Positions 60,680-64,000 of a stretch of DNA of 64,000 nucleotides are shown one piece after another. Under the pieces are notes generated by a model. The model searched no databases, was not told where the DNA came from, and saw nothing but the letters and a program-made list of their open reading frames with translations. Made by a program: the position numbers and the translations under genes. Positions within the stretch are counted from its first letter, which is position 1; each line of letters opens with the position of its first letter. Source of the stretch: Rhynchopus sp. YZ270_cl-10 (taxonomy: Eukaryota); NCBI GenBank assembly GCA_964035575.1, contig OZ037841.1, positions 1,798,001 through 1,862,000 of the forward strand. Direction: 5' to 3'.

Positions 60680-60872
60680 TAAGCTCACAACTCTTCAACG
60701 GAAGGTGGGCCGCCGGCTGTCGAGCGGTTGTGAACCGCCCTCGTTCTCTTACGGTACGGGCCAGTCATTAGGTTTCCTTTTTACATCTTCTGTTGTTGGC
60801 CGCAGGGTACTTGTGCTTTCATCCGGATGGCTGGCATCGTACGTGGGTCAGTCGGAGGTGCCTGCATTAATA
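60680..60872 (+). repeat. Family A structured repeat, most complete copy
   Basis: Matches 47975-48230 and 14410-14550. Confidence 0.85.
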
Positions 60873-61839
60873 ACTTCACTTTCTCGCGAATTAAGGTGGC
60901 CCGATCCATCTTCCAAGCTTATCATCAAGGAAACCCTGTTGCGTACAAAGGTGACCTAGCATTGCGCCATAGGTCATTTGTTGGTTCCTTTAGTTTCCAT
61001 TTTTTTTTTGTTCACAAGAAGAGGGTTTCACGCCTTTAAGCGAAAGTGTTAGGCTAACTTAGCCGCCCAAAAACAATGTTTGTTCTCATGAGTGCGCGGG
61101 TGGTAAACGGTTTTTTTTAAACCTTCCTCCATGTGTCATCAAAGTGCCAACAGTATTTTTGCTGGTCCAGAAAGGCGTGCGGCCAAACTTCTTGTGTTCT
61201 GTCGTGCACACATATTCAAGTGTATGACTGCGTGTTGCTTTTTTGTTAAGGACAAATGTGCAAATAGTAAAAGCCCTGAGAAGTGTTTCCTCACGTGAGG
61301 TCACCCAGCTTCAAAGGTCTTTTATTGTTTGGTGGTGTCAACGTGAGAGGGTTTTCCCCAGGCAAGCAGCTGCACGTCAGGTGTGATTGTCTTGTACCAG
61401 CGTTGTCCCATACGAGAGTTTCTGACACTCCTTTCCTTCCCTTGCCCCGACTTACGAATTGGGTTGTGCTGCTTTTGTACTATGCAGGAACACATCATGA
61501 AACCAAGTTTTCAAATACAACCAACAACAAAATTTAACAAATACCAGGTGTCTTGTGCGCATCCCTCACTTCGATTTAGATGTGAAGGACACCATCACCT
61601 GTTGTGTCCCACTAATGAAAAAAGCACGCAATTCACCACAGACGAAAAACGAAATCCTAAAAAACCTTAGTTTTTTAGTCTTTACTAAAGAGCGTTCGCC
61701 ACCCCTCCCCACACACCCTCCCCACAGTGGGAAAAATCGATTTTTTTAAATAAATAGTTGCTCTTCCAAAAGTGAATTTTTTGGGCTTAACGTGTTGTTT
61801 GGGGGTATTGAGGCCCAAAAAAAAATCCTAAAAAACCTT

Positions 61840-63230
61840 TGGTGCTATAGGAAATGAGTCAACGACCTGTCAGCGACCTGTCAATATCGGGGGGGGGTGG
61901 GTCATTTTTTAATAGTACTTAGCCATTTTCAGGTACACAGGTACACAGGTACAGGTACACAGGTACACAGGTACACAGGTACACAGGTACACAGGTACAC
62001 AGGTACACAGGTACACAGGTACACAGGTACACAGGTACACAGGTACACAGGTACACAGGTACACAGGTACACAGGTACACAGGTACACAGGTACACAGGT
62101 ACACAGGTACACAGGTACACAGGTACACAGGTACACAGGTACACAGGTACAGGTACACAGGTACACAGGTACATAATCTGTGGTGGTCAAAAGTGCAAAA
62201 TCCACACGTTCTATCTTGTGCATCCCAGCTTGAACGACTCTTTGCCGCTTCACAGCTGGTCTGTGAATGTGTTCACAGACCAGCTGTGGAAATCACCTCC
62301 AGCTTTGAGGGACTCAGGGCTGTGTGACGCTGCTGATTTCGACACGTTGCCGAAGCAGCGATCGCGCTTGGTGTGGTTTTGTGTATCCCAAAAGGAGTCA
62401 TCACTCAAAGCATTTTGACTAAACGTCTGAACGTTCTGAACCTGGAATCGATAGCAGACAGGAACAAGAGGATGGGCAGGCAGCGCCTGCCCGACCTGTG
62501 TGAAGTGAATCAGTGATTGCCTGACAGATGTCTGGGTAACCGTGTATTCTGTGTGGGTATCCATGTCCGGAGTATATCCCATTGTCCCCTTACATTGTGA
62601 TTTACGTGTAACTTTTTTTACATGTTAGCCACATGTCATTTGACATGTAAAGTGACATGTGCCACAGGTGAAATGACCTGTTAAGTACATGTCATTTTTA
62701 GGGGGCACATAACATTTACTTCACCGTCGTGTAGGGTCCGCGCGGGGTACCCCGGGGTTTGGGGAGCACACGGCGGTGAAGTAAGTTACATTACATGGAA
62801 TGTTACATGTGAAAAACCGTTACGTAAATGACATGTAACTTCACATGTAATGTAACAGTTACATGTATTAGTACATGTGATCATGTTACATGTGTCGATA
62901 TGTAAAAAACCCATCCACCATAATTTTCACAACGATTTTTGAGGATATTTTTGGTCTCACCAGAAATCACCGCCGAAAGCTGCCCAGAACCACCCCCAAA
63001 ACCATTGTACCACTACCTGATTTCGCCACCTGTACCACATTGTAACAAAAGTTACATGTAATACCACATGTACCACCCGTTACTTCGTGTACCCTGAGGG
63101 TCCGTATGGGCCACTGTGTGTCTGTGTGTGTGCCCCACCAAAAAATCGCTAAGGGCCGTTAAAAAATGACCCTCCCCTATGGCAACGACCTGTCAGCGAC
63201 CTGTCAATATCGGCCCCTCCTGGAGCACCA
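61840..63230. mobile_element. 1391-bp TGGTGCT...AGCACCA element with 5-bp TSD ACCTT, containing a TIR-bounded cargo between 31-bp direct repeats
   Basis: ACCTT at 61835-61839 and 63231-63235. Identical 31-mers at 61860-61890 and 63183-63213. Inner imperfect TIRs at 61894-61929 and 63142-63177. Confidence 0.8.
61931..62173. repeat. (AGGTACAC)n 8-mer satellite, ~30 copies
   Basis: Read directly. Confidence 0.97.
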
Positions 63231-64000
63231 ACCTTAGTTTTTTAGTCTTTACTATAGAGATGTGCGCCACCCACCCACACACCACCCACACACACACACC
63301 CTCACCAGCCCCAGAGGGGATTTGACCAAAAAATCGATTTTTTTAAATAAATAGTTGCTCATCAAAAAGTGAATTTTTTGGGTTTAACGTGTTGTTTGGG
63401 GGTATTGAGGCCCAAAAAAAAATTTTTTTTCAGTCGTGTTCAGAAAATGGACTGCCAAATCACATGTGGCATTCGGCCAAAAATCAGCTTTTTTGGTCAT
63501 TTTTACCTTGTAAAACATGACACTTGTGGCATGCTTCCCAGCACAGGAAAGTGCATTGAAAAACCTGAAAAAACACAAGTAATATGTGATGGTCAAAAGT
63601 GCAAGATTCCTTCGTTAATGAACTTTTTGAGTTACCAGTTATAACTGGGGAATATGGTCAGATCACTCTTTTGACCATCTGGCGTTTACCACAAAAACAC
63701 CACTTTTTAACAGGCCACTTTTCACCTGAAAAGCCAGTTCAATGAAGGCACAAGTGAAGTTTTTTTGTACACGTTACCGTGAGCGGGCGCGCGAAGCGCG
63801 CACGCGAACGCCCTGTGGGAAGCGAATAGCGGACCACCTGACCAGTGCGTGAGGTGCTTACAAAAAAAACCACCTGTAAAAAAAGTGTGGTCCTCATCAC
63901 GTTTCCATGAAAGTGTCACACAAGAACGACAGGTTTTTTAGCCCGTCACCAAATCATCTATCGTTTGAAAGACATGATGTGTCCTGCACTCAGCTTTCAG

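Larger units (their letters stand above)
61652..63423 (+). repeat. Tandem ~170-bp units (61652-61821; second unit from 61822, resuming at 63231-63423), interrupted by an insertion
   Basis: ACCTTAGTTTTTTAGTCTTTACTA...GGGGTATTGAGGCCCAAAAAAAAAT is present twice. Confidence 0.8.

Noticed and set aside
61897..62418. Repetitive ORFs (QVHRYTGT / VPVYLCTC)
   Set aside because: Translations of the 8-mer satellite.

Overview
Eukaryotic, repeat-rich DNA. All host genes I can recognise lie on the + strand and carry few short GT-AG introns, which suggests a euglenozoan (diplonemid-like) protist; this is inference only. The window starts with the 5' part of a minus-strand tyrosine-recombinase retroelement (VIPER/TATE/DIRS-like). 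Its gag-like ORF ends at a -1 frameshift signal, and two reading frames stay open downstream. Next come an ankyrin-repeat gene, a LamG/Pro-rich-stalk/multi-TM surface protein, and a ~12 kb gene-free stretch of non-autonomous elements. The centrepiece is four tandem paralogues (three intact, one broken by a 586-bp deletion) of a single-pass receptor. It joins a degenerate 5'-nucleotidase ectodomain to a degenerate class III nucleotidyl cyclase, and the copies are mosaics of one another. The window ends with three spliced genes: a J-domain protein with SPRY-like and dsRBD-like additions, a GBP-like long coiled-coil protein, and a subtilisin with CUB-like domains. Intergenic DNA holds several TIR elements with definable target duplications (some nested three deep), satellites, a structured repeat found downstream of genes, and a strand-biased hairpin motif. 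All domain calls come from recognising motifs by eye, not from database searches.
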